From Camelus ferus (Eukaryota): a stretch of DNA of 64,000 nt. The translations under genes and the position numbers were made by a program. The DNA lies in assembly GCF_009834535.1 (NCBI RefSeq), contig NC_045696.1, positions 3,164,001 to 3,228,000 on the forward strand, written 5' to 3'. This document shows positions 12,376 to 25,119 of this stretch, in pieces (position 1 is the first letter of the stretch; the number at the start of each line of letters is the position of its first letter). The notes under the pieces were generated by a model. It searched no databases. It had not been told where the DNA came from and saw only the letters and a list, made by a program, of their open reading frames with translations.

Positions 12376-12542
12376 CGGTGAGGGCATGTGCACCCCCTGC
12401 CCCGGAGACCAGGCCAGCCAGGCCTCCAGCTGGCTGACATCGGAGAACAGCCTGCACTTGTGGTCCGCCTATCGCATCCGAGTGCGGGAGCTCAGCCCCA
12501 GGCACAAAAGGGGTCCCTTCCTCGGCACCGGGCCCTGCCTAC

Positions 12543-12741
12543 CTGCCAAGGACGAGGCTTCCGAGGCGAACATCACGGCAAATTCCCGGATGATGTCTGC
12601 AGGGCCGTCGCTCACGAAGAAGCCCAGGTAGCTGATGGAGGAGTGGAGAACCAGGGGCACAGCCGCGGGGAAGGTCCCCAGGACCCGGTCCCCGGCTCGC
12701 TTCAGTGCCTCGTACAGACACTCCACCTTCTGGTCTTCGCA
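12543..12741 (-). CDS. UBASH3A: UBASH3A exon 4 (199 bp)
   Basis: CEDQKVECLYEALKRAGDRVLGTFPAAVPLVLHSSISYLGFFVSDGPADIIREFAVMFASEASSLA; CAG/GTAGGC. Confidence 0.97.
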
Positions 12742-13805
12742 CTGAGGGACAGAGACAGGACGGTCACCTGTTACCGTAATGAATAAAAGTCACCCGACAC
12801 GGGAGGCTCTTTTGTGCTTGTGACACTATAACATAATGCAACTGGTCCTGGCGTTCGGGGCTATGGATTTGCTCTACAGCTGGTTCCCAGTTTCTTAGAC
12901 AATTCAGGTAAAGTTCTTTTGGGGATGGAATACCCTTTAAGTGCCCAGGCGGGAAGTCCCCTGTCCGTCTAACTCCGCCCCTCACTCACTCCACCTCGCG
13001 GTGACGCAACCCTGCATCGCTTCTGGAGCCCCCTCCTCTCCCGGGCCCACAGCGTCGGCCTTGAGGCGGCCCCAGGTGCCCTGCTCAGAACCTACCCCAC
13101 CGAGGAGAGTCGTAGCCAGCAGCGGACCACGCTCTCAGTCAGTGACTGAGCCATCCTTGTCCCTGACAGCGTGTCCTCCAAGGTCCAAGCTCCTCGTCAC
13201 CCCCCGCCTGTCACTTATCACCCGCCTTCCAGCCAGACCGAGCGCCTCCTGGCTCCTGGGCTCAGCGCTGCCCAAGCCGCCACCTCAACTTGAAGCCCTT
13301 CCTCCACACGGAAGACTCTGTGAGGCCACGTGGGACCCCCGTAGGACCTGGACATGGCGACCCCCATGGGAGGCTGGCCGGTCCCTGCTCTCCCCAGCCA
13401 CGGGCTTCTTCTGAATTTCCCACGCACTCCTTAGTCTCTGAGGGATAAACCTTATTGTCGCTTTTAATGGACACTTTCTCCCCCCTCCGAACTGGGGGCT
13501 CACTAAACTCACAAAACCCCGTGGGCTCTGTCTTTGCAGCCCTCGCGGGCCTGGAAAGCAGTGGGCACCACTGCACGTGGGGGAACAGCTGGCCACGTGG
13601 TGTTTCTCGGTCTCAGACATTGATCTGGACGCTCAGAGCCATGTTATAAACAGAGCTGCAGTGGACGCCACCACCTGGGGGCCGCACGTTCTCAAGTCAA
13701 AGGCAGAGAGAGACCCTGTTACACGCTTCTGCTGGAAAGGGGCTCTCGGCCACCAAGGCAGGGTGGGGCAGGGGTGGGGAGACCAGGAGGCTCAGCAGAA
13801 GGGAG

Positions 13806-13907
13806 GTGTGTGTATGTGTGTATGTGTGTGTGTGTGTCTGTCTGTGTCTGTGTGACACGGTCTGTTTCTGTGTATCTGTGTGTGACATTGTGTGTGTCTG
13901 TATATAT
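13806..13907. repeat. Degenerate (TG)n microsatellite, left of LTR
   Basis: Visible TG repeats. Confidence 0.9.
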
Positions 13908-14386
13908 TGCCGACTGAAATAAAAGTCACAGCCTAAGAGCTGAGCATTATGTTTTATTCAGCGACTTTCCAAGGACCTGAGCCCGGGACACGGCCTCTCA
14001 GATCGCCCTAAGAGACGGCTCCAAAGAGGCAAGGTAGAAGCCAGGATGCATATGAGTTTTCGCAACAAAGACCAGGTAGTCAGAAAATCGAAAGATGACT
14101 GTTAATTAAAGAAAATCAGACATCTCAAGTTAAGGAATTTAGCGATTTTCTGTGTGTGGGAAGGTGCAAAGGGCTGGGCTCATTGAAGTCACTCCTCTGA
14201 TCTGCACCTTTGCTGTCTAGGGCAGCATCCTCTTCGTCCACATCCTGAGCCCCCTCAGGGGGCTCTGCTGGGGGTGGAAGCAGAGGCCAGGCTGCCTGCT
14301 TGTCTGCATCCTGAGTTCCCTCCACTTACTGTTGAGGGTGGTGGTAGAGGCTGATGACTTGATGGCCGAAATATTTTTCATTTACA
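13908..14386 (-). mobile_element. ERV1-type solo LTR, local family A copy 1
   Basis: TG...CA termini, 4-bp TSD atat/gtat; clearly similar to copies at 27319, 54256, 57100 and 58923. Confidence 0.85.
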
Positions 14387-14535
14387 GTATATGTGTGTGT
14401 GTGTCTGTGTGTGCATCTGTGCGTGACATGGTTTGTGTGTGTGGGTCTGTGTGTGCATCTGTGCGTGACATGGTTTGTGTGTATGCGTATGTGTGTGTGT
14501 GTGCGCACATGTGTGTGCATGTGCAGGCGTGTACA
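14387..14535. repeat. Degenerate (TG)n tract with internal ~42-bp duplication, right of LTR
   Basis: tctgtgtgtgcatctgtgcgtgacatggtttgtgtgt occurs twice. Confidence 0.9.
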
Positions 14536-15604
14536 CACCGCAGTGTAGAGATGGTTGAAGGAGATGGAAGCCCAGGCCAGCGCTCTCTCCCCCACGGCCA
14601 AGCATGTCCATTTCTAAGGTCATGTTTACCGCAGCCCGGCTGCCTCTTCTTTCCCTGATGAACTCCAAGGACAGCCAGAAAGGAGCCCGAATGTCACAAA
14701 TGCCACCAGCCCAGCAAATGAGGATTATTGGCAGGGGCTCGGGAAGGTGCCGCTTCTCCTGTGCATCTTCTGGAAACCTTCCCTCGAGGTCTGCGTCCTC
14801 CTTTCCATGCAGCGCACAGGAGCCTGGAATGGAGGGCTCCCTGGCCCCGGTGGGACACTTAGAGCTTGCTGGCAGCAGAGCCGGGGCGGGGCCAGGGAGG
14901 TCTCCAGGCTTCCCTGGTCCAGAGCCACAGAGGAGGTGGTGTCCCTCCTTCCCTGCTTCGCACCTTTCCTCTTGTCTTTTGAGCATCCCAGGTCCTCCTC
15001 ACCTTCCCAGAATGCCTATGGAGCTGCCCATCTGACTATTTTATGAGCAGAGGGCTGGTCCCCAAGGCAGGGAGAAGTTCTGCCTCTATGACTGGCCAAT
15101 AATCTCCCATTCTCCAATTGATCCATCACACACTTGTGAAGCACCCACTCTGTTTGAGGCACTGTGCTAGTCTCAGCGGGTCCCACAGTGAGTGAGGCAT
15201 CCTCCTTTCCTTGAGGATTTCAGTCTAGTGAGGGATACAGAGCTGCACCAGACACGTTGCCATACAACAGGGAAAGTGCCATCAGCGATAGAAATGAGAA
15301 GCTGGTGGGAGCACAAAAGGCAGCACCCTTTTCCGCCTAGAGAGCTGAGGAATACTTAAAAAAGGGAGGGGATAAATGAGTTGGGTTCTGAAGAATGAAT
15401 AGGAGTTGACCTGACAAAGATGAGGAGGAAAGTAAAGGCTATCTCACCCAAAGAGGCCAGCTAACACCACCACTGCAGATCATTCCTTGAAAGAAAATCC
15501 TGTGGCTGCCCTCAGTTTTGTCCCATCACTGCCCAGTTATCGCAGAAAATGACTTCAGCTGTCGCCATGTTAATGAGCGTTAAAGGCGCATTGGGCGGAC
15601 TCAC

Positions 15605-15791
15605 CGTGAAGAAGTCACAGAGCGTTATGTGAGGGAAGACCTCGTGAGCTCTGTTCTTCGCACACTGCCTCTTGCTCTCTCTCCAGAACTCCTGGAGTTT
15701 TTCCAGCAGGGACCCCGTGGGGCAGAGGAAAAGGGCGTATTCCTGGGGAATGGGGTCGTTGAGAGAAGGGTCATTGCAGTGGGAGTGCAGC
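15605..15791 (-). CDS. UBASH3A: UBASH3A exon 3 (187 bp)
   Basis: (W)LHSHCNDPSLNDPIPQEYALFLCPTGSLLEKLQEFWRESKRQCAKNRAHEVFPHITLCDFFT; first HxT motif (HIT); CAG/GTGAGT. Confidence 0.97.
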
Positions 15792-18194
15792 CTGCAACAG
15801 AGGATGGGACATGTTCACCTGTTGTGAAGAGTCTTTCCCCGGGGAGGATGGAGCGGGACCGCATCTCAGACTGACAGGCCGCGCAGAGCACCGAGCTGCA
15901 CGCCCGGCGAGGCTCAGCAAGCCCGGGGCGCGGTGCGACCGCGGAGCAGGTCGGCGTCCGGCCGGTCTCAGCGCCAGCTGGTCTGATTCCCAGGCCCGAA
16001 GACCGAGAGGAGAGACAGGTGACAGTAACGCTCAGAACCTGGTTTTCTAATGATCTTTGGGGGCCAGGCATCTCCTTAGGGTTGAAAATTATATGGGAAA
16101 GACGGACATTTTAATTTTATCCCAAACTTCAAATTAAGTATAAAAATCAAAGCCACAAAGACCTGTATTTTCTGTCAATTTGGAAAGTTATTTTAAGTAC
16201 TAGGAAAAATGATGGACAGCCCCAAATTCAAGTTCATGCTCACCAATAAAAAGAAAGAAATGGAGACAGGCATGAGACACCACTTTTCTTATTTGTCAAG
16301 TGAACAGAATGTCTTTCAGGGGATAAAAGTTACGCTCAGTCGTGTCAAAGGTGCTGAGACTTGAGGATGAATCTCTGCAGCCTTTATATGAAGCCACTTG
16401 CCCACGTGTGTCAGAGCCTTTAAACTCCTCTTCCTTCTGCACTAATAACTCCACTTCCAGACATGGGTCCAAAGGAAAAAGCAAAGGCGATTAATACAAT
16501 GGCCTGCGTAGACATTTACTGTACAGTGATTTTTAATGGGAAAGAAGGAAAAACTAGATAAATAATGGTAAATTTATACATCAGGTACTTGTTAGAAATT
16601 ATGGATTTGAATAGTTTCTGATACCTCCAAGAAGTGCTTGTGACATGATATGAAATTTAGGAATCGGTATACAACCACTTGAGAAAACATTCGACGTGCA
16701 CAGATACCTTCTCATAATAATAATACAAAAATGCCAGCGGAGGAAGCTGTGTCCCCTTCATCCTGGCTGCCTTCCCTGGCTCACTTGTCTAGCGGCAACT
16801 CAGTTCATAATCCGCTTTGCTTTCTACTAGACATGTAGGTAACGAATCCATACATAGCACTTGTGTGTGTTTTATATAAATCAGAAGCAGTTCTTCAAAT
16901 TATTCTGCAACTTGCATTTTTTACTTAAGACATTTTCGCAGCGTATACACAGCCATCTAGTTAAGTGTGTCAGCACGAACCGTCTAAGGGCTGTAACACG
17001 TTCCACTGTCTGCATGAGTGATATTCTGTCCATCCAGGCCATTGATGGGCGTGTACATTGGTTCCCTTTTTTTTGCAATGTCATAGCACTGTAGTCAAGA
17101 CCTTTGTGCGTGTCTCTTTAGGCCCCTTGTGTTTCGCCACGGAATATACTCAGGCATGAACTGGTAGGCTGTGGCTACACACATTTTCGGGGTTGAGAGT
17201 CACCCTAGACTGCAACCTGGAAACTGAGACCACATTCTCCTCATCCCCACCAATGCTTAAAGCTGCCTTTTGTTGCTCCCAGCACCCTAATTTGCACCTC
17301 CCTGTTAGGAGTGAGGTTGGGGCCACTCTTGCAGAGTCCAGGGGCCCCACGCCTCCCTGTTCCTGGTGGGTCTGCTGGCCTTTTCCACTGAGTCGTCACT
17401 GGCAGGAACCAACCAGCACTCGTACAGCAGGGGGTTTGATTTTTAATTCAAATGTGGTAACTGACTTCAGAGTTACTCTAGCCCAGAGGGTCCTGGGTGT
17501 TTCTCTGCACAGGGGGTGCCTTTTTGCCCTTGGCCTAAGCTTTTCGAGGACATGCTGGACGCTCAGAGACCCAGTGTGGGTATTTGCCACCCTGCTCTGG
17601 GGGGGGGGGGCACCCCAGCCTGATGGGACCTGGGTTTTTTGCTTGGTTTTCACTACAGCTATTCCGGGGCAGAACGCAGGGGACTTCCCGCCAAAGGGCA
17701 GGACGACAGCATCATGGCACACGCAGGCAGGACTGGGTCTTAGAGATGGGGTGCCCCCTTTGATTCCCAGTGCAGAAAACCGGAGCCGTGGGCGGCAGCC
17801 GAGCTGGGAGGGTGGAGCCTCCGGAACCAGCGCCCCCGCCTCCAAGAACCTGGTGCCCTTAAGTCTCAGGGGGCGTTCATGGCCACCCACAAGCTCTCGC
17901 CCCATCTGAGGCAGCAACCTCCTTTTCCTATCAGCAAAAATGGCACTTCCCAATTTATTCAACAAATCACATGAATATTTTTCTTCATTGACAATCATGC
18001 CTGGGTTAAATCAGACTTTTAAGGGAAGAAAGCTTTGTTCAAAGTTCTCTCTCTTCTGTTTTCCATTTTAAATGCGGGCTCTTTGCGCCTCTCCCTGGGC
18101 GCTGGGTGGGTAGCATGGAGGTGCCACCGCCCGCCCAGAGTGAGCAGTGTCCCCCCTGCGGAGCCCTCCCGGCCCCTGTGGGCACCCCACTCAC

Positions 18195-18248
18195 CAGTCT
18201 GAGGCCTCCTCCACAGTCTTCCTTCCAGTAGCTGCCAATGCCTTTAGC
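18195..18248 (-). CDS. UBASH3A: UBASH3A exon 2 (54 bp), UBA domain
   Basis: (A)LKALAATGRKTVEEASD(W); CAG/GTGAGT; phases match both neighbours. Confidence 0.95.
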
Positions 18249-20169
18249 CTGTAGGGAATCGGGAGACAGGGAGGTCTCAGAACCCGCCTTCTACTCCTTA
18301 GAAAAGGTCAGAGAGGCAGGGGTGTCCCTGCTACTCCCGGGACCTTCAGGGGTCCCCCATCCAGGGCTAAATGGCGAGGTCTCAGTGGGGGATGCAGGCC
18401 TCTGCCCTCGTGGCATCACTGTGGTTTTGGAAATGCAGACAGCTTACATCTTCCCCCATCATTTTCCTTCCCTGGCTCCCACCCCCTGTCCCTGGCCAGA
18501 AGTCCAAGGACTCATGCCTGAGGGGCAGCCATGCCAGAATCCGGCCTCCCCAGCCCTACCCCATGCACCCTGCTCCCCAGCCAGATGCTCCCACTCTCGG
18601 ACCCTCCAGTTGGTTATGCAGAGTCACGTCCCTGGCTCTCACTCCTGCCTCCTTGCCAAGACGCAGCGCGGTGCCGACCTGCCCTGAGAGGAACGACACT
18701 GGGCCTTCCAGGCTCCTCTCAGAAGTCTTCCTCTTCCAGGAAGCCTTCCCCGGACCACCCAAGCAGGGTGGATGTGCGGCCCTCCTGCGTTTCCCCACTG
18801 CACGTGTGGTCACTGGCCCCTCATCTCATTGGACTTGTGTCCGCCTGCCTGCCTGCGAGTTCCCTGGGAGTAACCGTGTCTTACTCATTGTTGAAACTGG
18901 CGTGTAAGTATGCTGCACTGAGTTTACCTGAAGGGGACCACACCAGACAGAATGCAGTGTGGCGAAGGGAATCCATCCAGGAACTCAGCCTGGAGGTAGC
19001 CGGGGTGTCAAGGAGGCATGGTGCCCGGGGACGCTGGTTTGGAGGGTACAGGCCCCGGGGTGAGGCTTCCTGAGTGGTCAGCAGGGGCCCTACCCCGGGC
19101 TTCAGCCTCAGGAAGACGTTAAAGACACGCTCCTCCACCTCTGACACATGGCTAACGCTTACAGCGGAAGGAATTTTGAGTCTGCTTCCAGCGGTAGCTT
19201 TGGTCACGTCCCTAAGGCTTTCCAGTCCTTGGGAGAGGGGTGCCTGCCCTGCCCTCCCACCACCCGCCCTCCCTGGCCTCCGGCCCCGTCTGCCTCTGAT
19301 GGGTGGTGTCGGCACCCGGCAGGCACCCGGCAGGCACCCGGCACACGCTTGGTTCTGCTGCCATCGCACAGACCCGCATTTACCACGATACGTGCGATGA
19401 CGAGGTCCCGACGGGTTGGGGAGGAAAGCGGTCCAGTCATTCCATCCAGTTGGGTCACAGGTTTGTTATCCATTGAAGGAAAGTTTGCCCCCACCCAAAT
19501 CCACGTTACCAAGGGACTTCAGATGCACCTCCCTTGCAAATAAGCAAGTGGAAAGGGCAGGTCTAAGAACCTGGTTCCCCGTGGAAGCCGCACCCCGATG
19601 TTGGCCTCCTTGTTCTGTGGTACCCGCCTCTCCGAGGGGGTACTCCTGAGACTGCAGTCCGCGTGGCCCTTCTCCTTGGGTGAGCAGGATCGCGCCAGCC
19701 CTGCTGGGGGAGTTCCGTGACCATCTCCCTTCATGACCAGATATTAAGAGATCCCCCTGAGGACGGACAGTTTCCCTGCACATTTAGAAACGCAGTCTTG
19801 TTTATTTCAACGGGTCTCAACAACAGAGACCCCCCGACTTTGGGGCTTTCAAATTAGAGTGAAACGCCGTCTCAGATTCACTGGGCTGCCCGCAGAGAGG
19901 GTACAGCCAGGCCCCAAGCTCCTCCAAACCCTAGTTCCAATTTTCACAAATTTCAGGGTCCCCCACCCATCACCAGCCAGCAGAGTTTGTCGTTAAAAGG
20001 CAAAGATGGTGTCGTTTATGAAAGCAGAAAAGACCCTATTTTGAGATAGTCTCTAGCCCGCATGGTTCACCCCTTCCACAGGAAGTACGTGCTCTGAGCC
20101 CCTGCAGTTCTGCGGCCACAGAAGGGTGGGCTCTGGGCCCCAGGCACGAGCCCAGGGAGTGGTACTCAC

Positions 20170-20282
20170 GCGGTGTGCGCCGGGAAGCCCATCCCCAGGA
20201 GGGGCTCCAGGAGCGAGGGGACGCTGCGGCCCCTGAGCTTGTTGAAAACCTTCGCGTAGAGCTGAGTCTCCCCTGCGGCCAT
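20170..20282 (-). CDS. UBASH3A: UBASH3A exon 1 coding part (113 bp), start codon
   Basis: MAAGETQLYAKVFNKLRGRSVPSLLEPLLGMGFPAHT(A), with the UBA MGF motif; GTGAGT donor. Confidence 0.97.
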
Positions 20283-20880
20283 CTCTTCCTGCTTCAGACT
20301 GAACAGAGCAGATAAAGCCGGAGAGGGGGAGGCAGGAGAGGCTGAGGCTGAGAAGAAAAACCTCAAGCCCTTTTTGATCTTTCTGACAAAAGCTAATATC
20401 CTGTTTGCATGAGATTCTGGCTTTCAGAATTCTCTCTGCAGAGCGCAGGTGTCGGGTCCACCAACGCCGCTTCCACAGTGGGGCTTGGGGTCCAGAGGCC
20501 CAGCTGAGTCCCTGCAGGGCCTGCATGGGGTTGGCCTTTGCACGGACTTGAGATGCCAGGTCTGGCTCAGACGGAGGGGGCAGGGCAGGGGAGTGGAAGC
20601 CCAGGCGGGGTTCTCCGCTGGGTCCCACCGGCCTCAGAACCCCGAGCCACCTAGGTCCTAGTCTCCTTTCCTGCACAAGACATTAAATCACAGTGTGTCT
20701 ATTGTCTCTGCTAACTCTAAAATTTTTGGCTCTTTTAATTATTCATTGACTTTTTAAAAAGTTTTTAAACTTTTAAAGTTTAATATGCATTCAGAAAAGC
20801 TGACAAATCCTATGTTTGGGGCTCGATTCATTCTCGTAAAGTGAGCACACACACCTAATCCCTCCGGAACCAGAATAAAA

Positions 20881-21078
20881 CAGGTCCTCAAGTAGGGGGA
20901 TTTTGCCCCTCCCCAGGGGCCATTGGCCACGTCTGGAGACAGTTTTGGTTGTCACAGCTGGACGTGGGGTTGTTTACTACCGGCACTTAGCGGGCTGAGG
21001 ACAAGAACACTGTAGTGCACACGACAGCCGAGAGGGATCCGCCCAAGACATCAGCAGCGCCAAGGTTGAGAAGCTCTG
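20881..21078. mobile_element. MER20-like hAT DNA transposon
   Basis: gattttgcccc..ccagggg.cattggc...gtctggagaca.ttttggttgtcaca...gccaaggttgagaa. Confidence 0.8.
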
Positions 21079-21291
21079 CCCTGGAACATCCCCAGAACCT
21101 CAGGACCGCCCCTGTCACCCCCAGGCCCTCGCCCAGCCTCGTGGTCTTTTCTCCTCCCTCCCTGCAAAAAAGGCAGCCACTGCGCTCCCTTGCGTATTAA
21201 TTCTGCCCATCTTTAAACTTGACATAAGCAGAGCAATATGGGGATGTCCTCCTTCATGTCTGGTTTCTTTTGCCCAAAATTATATGTGAAT

Positions 21292-21378
21292 TTTTTTTAA
21301 TGGAGGTGCTGGGAATTGAACCCAGGACCCCGTGCATGTAAAGCACGCACTGCACCTCTGAGCTGTCCCCTCGCCCCA
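21292..21378 (-). mobile_element. tRNA-derived SINE (camelid Vic-1-like)
   Basis: ttttttttaatggaggtgctgggaattgaacccaggacc...tgcatg...ctgagct; B-box GGTTCAATTCC on the minus strand. Confidence 0.75.
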
Positions 21379-22524
21379 CGTGTGTGAAATCTACCCACAT
21401 CACTGCCTGTCGCCATAGTTAGCTCACTGGATTGCTGGGTTGTATTTCATCAGATAAATCACCATCATTTACTTCTCCAGTTCTCGGCTGACGTACATTT
21501 GGGTGGTTTTCAGTTGTTTCGTTGCAGCAGGCAGTCTTATAAATGTCTTTGAAGGCCAGATGTGAGCATTTCTGTTTGGTACCCATCTGGGGGTGAGGTA
21601 GTTGGGTCATGGGACAGACACATGCATTCTTTGTGAGAAACTGCCAAGTGATTTTACAAAGCAGTGGTACCAACTCCCCATCTCACCCTTGGTGGAGGAG
21701 AGCGCCTGCTGCTCTGCATTCTTGCCCACACTTGATATTATCAGTCTTTTAGTTTCAGCCAGCCTTTGGGTGTGTCACGGTATCTCACAGTGGTTCCAAT
21801 CTGCATTTCCCCCAGTGGCAATGACACTGAGCACCATGAGACGGGCTGTTGGCTGTTGGAATATTCTCTTTGGGGAAAGGGCTGTCCTGGTTGTCTGCCA
21901 TTTTTAAATTGGGTTCTTTGATTTTTCTTATCAATTTGTGGAAACTCTGAAGATGAGTCTTTTGTTGGACGTCTTTAAAGGTGGTGACTTATTCCAGGCT
22001 GCGGTTTGCTTTTTTAATTGCTTGTTAATATCTTTGGGTGAAATAAAATTTCTTAATTTGAATAAAAATTAATTTATCAATCTTTTCTTTTATGGTTAGA
22101 ACTTTCTGCATCCTGCTCAAGAAATCATTGTTAATCTGGCATGGACGAAGGCAGTCTCCTAGGGTTTCTTCTTGGAGCTTTACACGTTTACTGCTCATAT
22201 TTAGCTCTACGATCCATTTGAACTAACTCTGTGTGTGGTGGGAGGTAGGGGTAAAAGTCCATCCATTTCCCTATACTTTGTTCATTGAAAAGTGAATTGC
22301 AGAAGAGCGTTTATTATAAATCAGTTGACTGTACATGTATTTGTCTGTTTCTAGTCTATTATGTTTTCTTGTTTGGTTCTCTTTTTTTATTTGTTCATTT
22401 TTATATCTACAGTACACTGCTTTAACTATTAGAGTGCTAAGCCCTCTGATTTTATCTACCTCAAGATTGTCTTGCTCCTCTAGGCCCTTTGATTTTTCAT
22501 ATAAATTTAAAAATCAGGTTGCCA

Positions 22525-23850
22525 CAGTGCGACATTGGAGAGTGCAGGAAGACTGATTCTCAGCCAAAGGGCCAATGCAATTCATACGAGAGAGGATAAC
22601 ATTTTCAACAAATAGTGCTGGAAAGCTGCGTATGGATGTGGGAAAAGTGTGACCCTCAACCCTTCCTTCACATCATTCACAAAAATTAACTCAAAATGTA
22701 TGATATGGACACGAGCTAAAACTGTAAATTTTCTAAAAGAAGAACTCTTTGCTATGTTGGAGTTTGCAAAGCTTCCTTAGGACATAAAAAGCATGAATCA
22801 TACCAGAAGAAAATTGATAAATTGAACTTCATCAAAACTGGAAACATCTGCTCTCTGAAAGACACTGTAAAGAAAATAAAAAGGCCAAGCACGGGAGAAA
22901 ATATCATCATATGTACATCTGACAAAGGACTTACATCCAGAATGTAATTATGTATGCGTCTATCTGTATGTGTATATTCTTATAATGAAAAATAGGGAAA
23001 AACAATGCAGCTTAAAAATAGGCAAAAGATCTAAATGGCACTTAACAAAAGAAGATACATGAATGGCTAATGAGGATGTGAAAAGATATTCAATATATTA
23101 GTCATCAGGGAAATGTAAATTAAAACCGCAATGTGATACCACAACACACTTGCTAGAAGAGCTAAAATTGAAAAGACTGAAATACCAAGTTTTGACATAG
23201 CTGTGGAGTAACTGGGACTCTCATATGTTGTTGGTAGGAATGCAAAATTGTCTAAACATTTTGGAAAACATCTTGACAGTTTCCTATTGAGTTAAACATA
23301 CATTTGCTACATGACCAATCTGCTCGTAGCAATTTACCAGGGAGAAAAGAAGAGGTAAGTCCACACTAAAGCTTGTATATGAATGTCCATGGTGGCTTTT
23401 ATTCACAGGAGAAGACTCAAACTGGAGAGAATCCAGATGTCAATCAACTGGTGAATGGATACACAAATGTTGGGATAACACGTACCACTAATAAGAAACA
23501 CATTGCAGATTGATGCAGCAGCATGGATGAATTTGAAAGAACATTATGCTGGCTGAAAGAAGCCACACATGAAGTCGTGCATATTACATGATTTTATTTA
23601 AATGAAAATTTTAAAAAGCTAGAACTAATTTATAGAAACAGAAAGCAGACAAATGGTTGACCCAGGCTGGGGTATGAAGGGGTTTGGGGGATGACAGAAA
23701 TGTTCTATGTCCTGATTTGGTGGTGACTATATGGCTGTATAGATTTTCAAGACTGATTAAACTAAGCACGGTACATTTTATAGTGCGTAAACTAACCTCA
23801 ATAAAATTGATCTTTAAAAAGGAAAGGGAAAGAATCCAAAGGACAACAAA
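22525..23850 (+). mobile_element. Sense L1 (ORF2 3' end and 3' UTR) nested in the antisense L1
   Basis: ttttcaacaaatagtgctgga...ttagtcatcagggaaatgtaaattaaaacc...cctcaataaa plus A-rich tail. Confidence 0.85.
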
Positions 23851-24695
23851 AACAATATGCTAATTTCCACCAAAAAAAGCCCTGTTGGAAATTTTTTTGG
23901 GATTATGTGAATCTGTGGATCAATTTTACAATATTAGGGTTTTCATTCCATGAATATGGTGTATCTCTCTATGTATGTAATTTCCTGTGGTAATGTTTTG
24001 TAGTTTTCAGCATCTGGTTCTTCTGTCACTAAGTTTATTCCTACATGTTGTGTGTTTTTGATGCTATTGTTTAAGAATAATTTCCGTTTCCATTTCCTTG
24101 CTGCCAGTGTGGAGAAATACAACTGATTTTTATGTATTGACATCACATGCACTAATCTGGCCAAGATTACTTGTTAATTCTAATATTTTGTAGATTCTTC
24201 TGGATTTTCTCTGTACACAATTATGTAACCTTCAAATAGTGACAGTTTCCCCCTCACTTTCTAACATTTATAAACTTTATCTCACCTTCTTGCCATATTG
24301 CCTGGCAAAGACCTCCAGGACCATATTGAATAAAAGTGATTTTTTTGGTAGATACTCTTTATCAAATAAGAGAAATTCTTTTTCATTCCTAGCTTACTGA
24401 AGTGTTTTAAAATTTCATTAATGGATATTAAATTTTATCAAATGCTTTTTCTGCATCTATTGAGGTGATCATACCTCTTTTATTCAATGAATGAGGTAAT
24501 TGACCAACTGATTTTTGAATGTTAAATCAACCTTGTTTTCCAAAGATGAAACCTCCTTGGTCTTAATATGTTATTTTTTTTTATATACTGCTGGAACCAA
24601 TTTGCTAATGCTTTGTTTCAAATTTTTGCATCAATGTTTATAAATTAGCCTGTTGTTTTCCTTTCTTGTAATTTCCTTGTCAGATTTGTTATCAG

Positions 24696-24810
24696 TAGAG
24701 TGACCAGCGCATTCTGATGTACCTGTGACTTCCTTGGTCTTAGCCCTGAAAGTTCCCGTCCCAGGAAAACCCCCTCAGTCCCAGGGAAATAAGGACCGTT
24801 GGTCACCCTA
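24696..24810. mobile_element. MER81-like hAT-Blackjack MITE
   Basis: Terminal inverted repeats TAGAGTGACCA ... TGGTCACCCTA, 115 bp. Confidence 0.8.
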
Positions 24811-25119
24811 AGTGTCAGCATTATTCTGGCCTCATAAATGACTTGGGAAGTATTACCTCTTTCTAAATTCTTCAAGTTTTTGTAAGGTTGGTGTAATTTC
24901 TTTCTTAAGTGTTTAAAAAGATTTATCAGTGAAGTCTTCTGGGCCTCAAATTTTCTTGGTAGAGTTTTTAACTGTGGATTTAATTTATTTAACAGGTATA
25001 GGAGTATTTTACTTTTATCTATTTTATTAAATTGTTTTTCAAGGAATCTGACAACTTTACGTAGGTTGTCAGATTTCTTGGCATAGAGTTACCAGGGCTT
25101 CTTTATTTTCTTCCAGTTC

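Noticed and set aside
17193..17998. Opposing 238-aa and 200-aa ORFs in UBASH3A intron 2
   Set aside because: Non-ATG or weak starts, no recognisable homology, and partial overlap with old repeat sequence.
19311..19343. 11-bp unit ggcacccggca repeated three times; similar short duplications at about 35730, 43585 and 53977
   Set aside because: Ordinary slippage duplications without spacers; not CRISPR-like.
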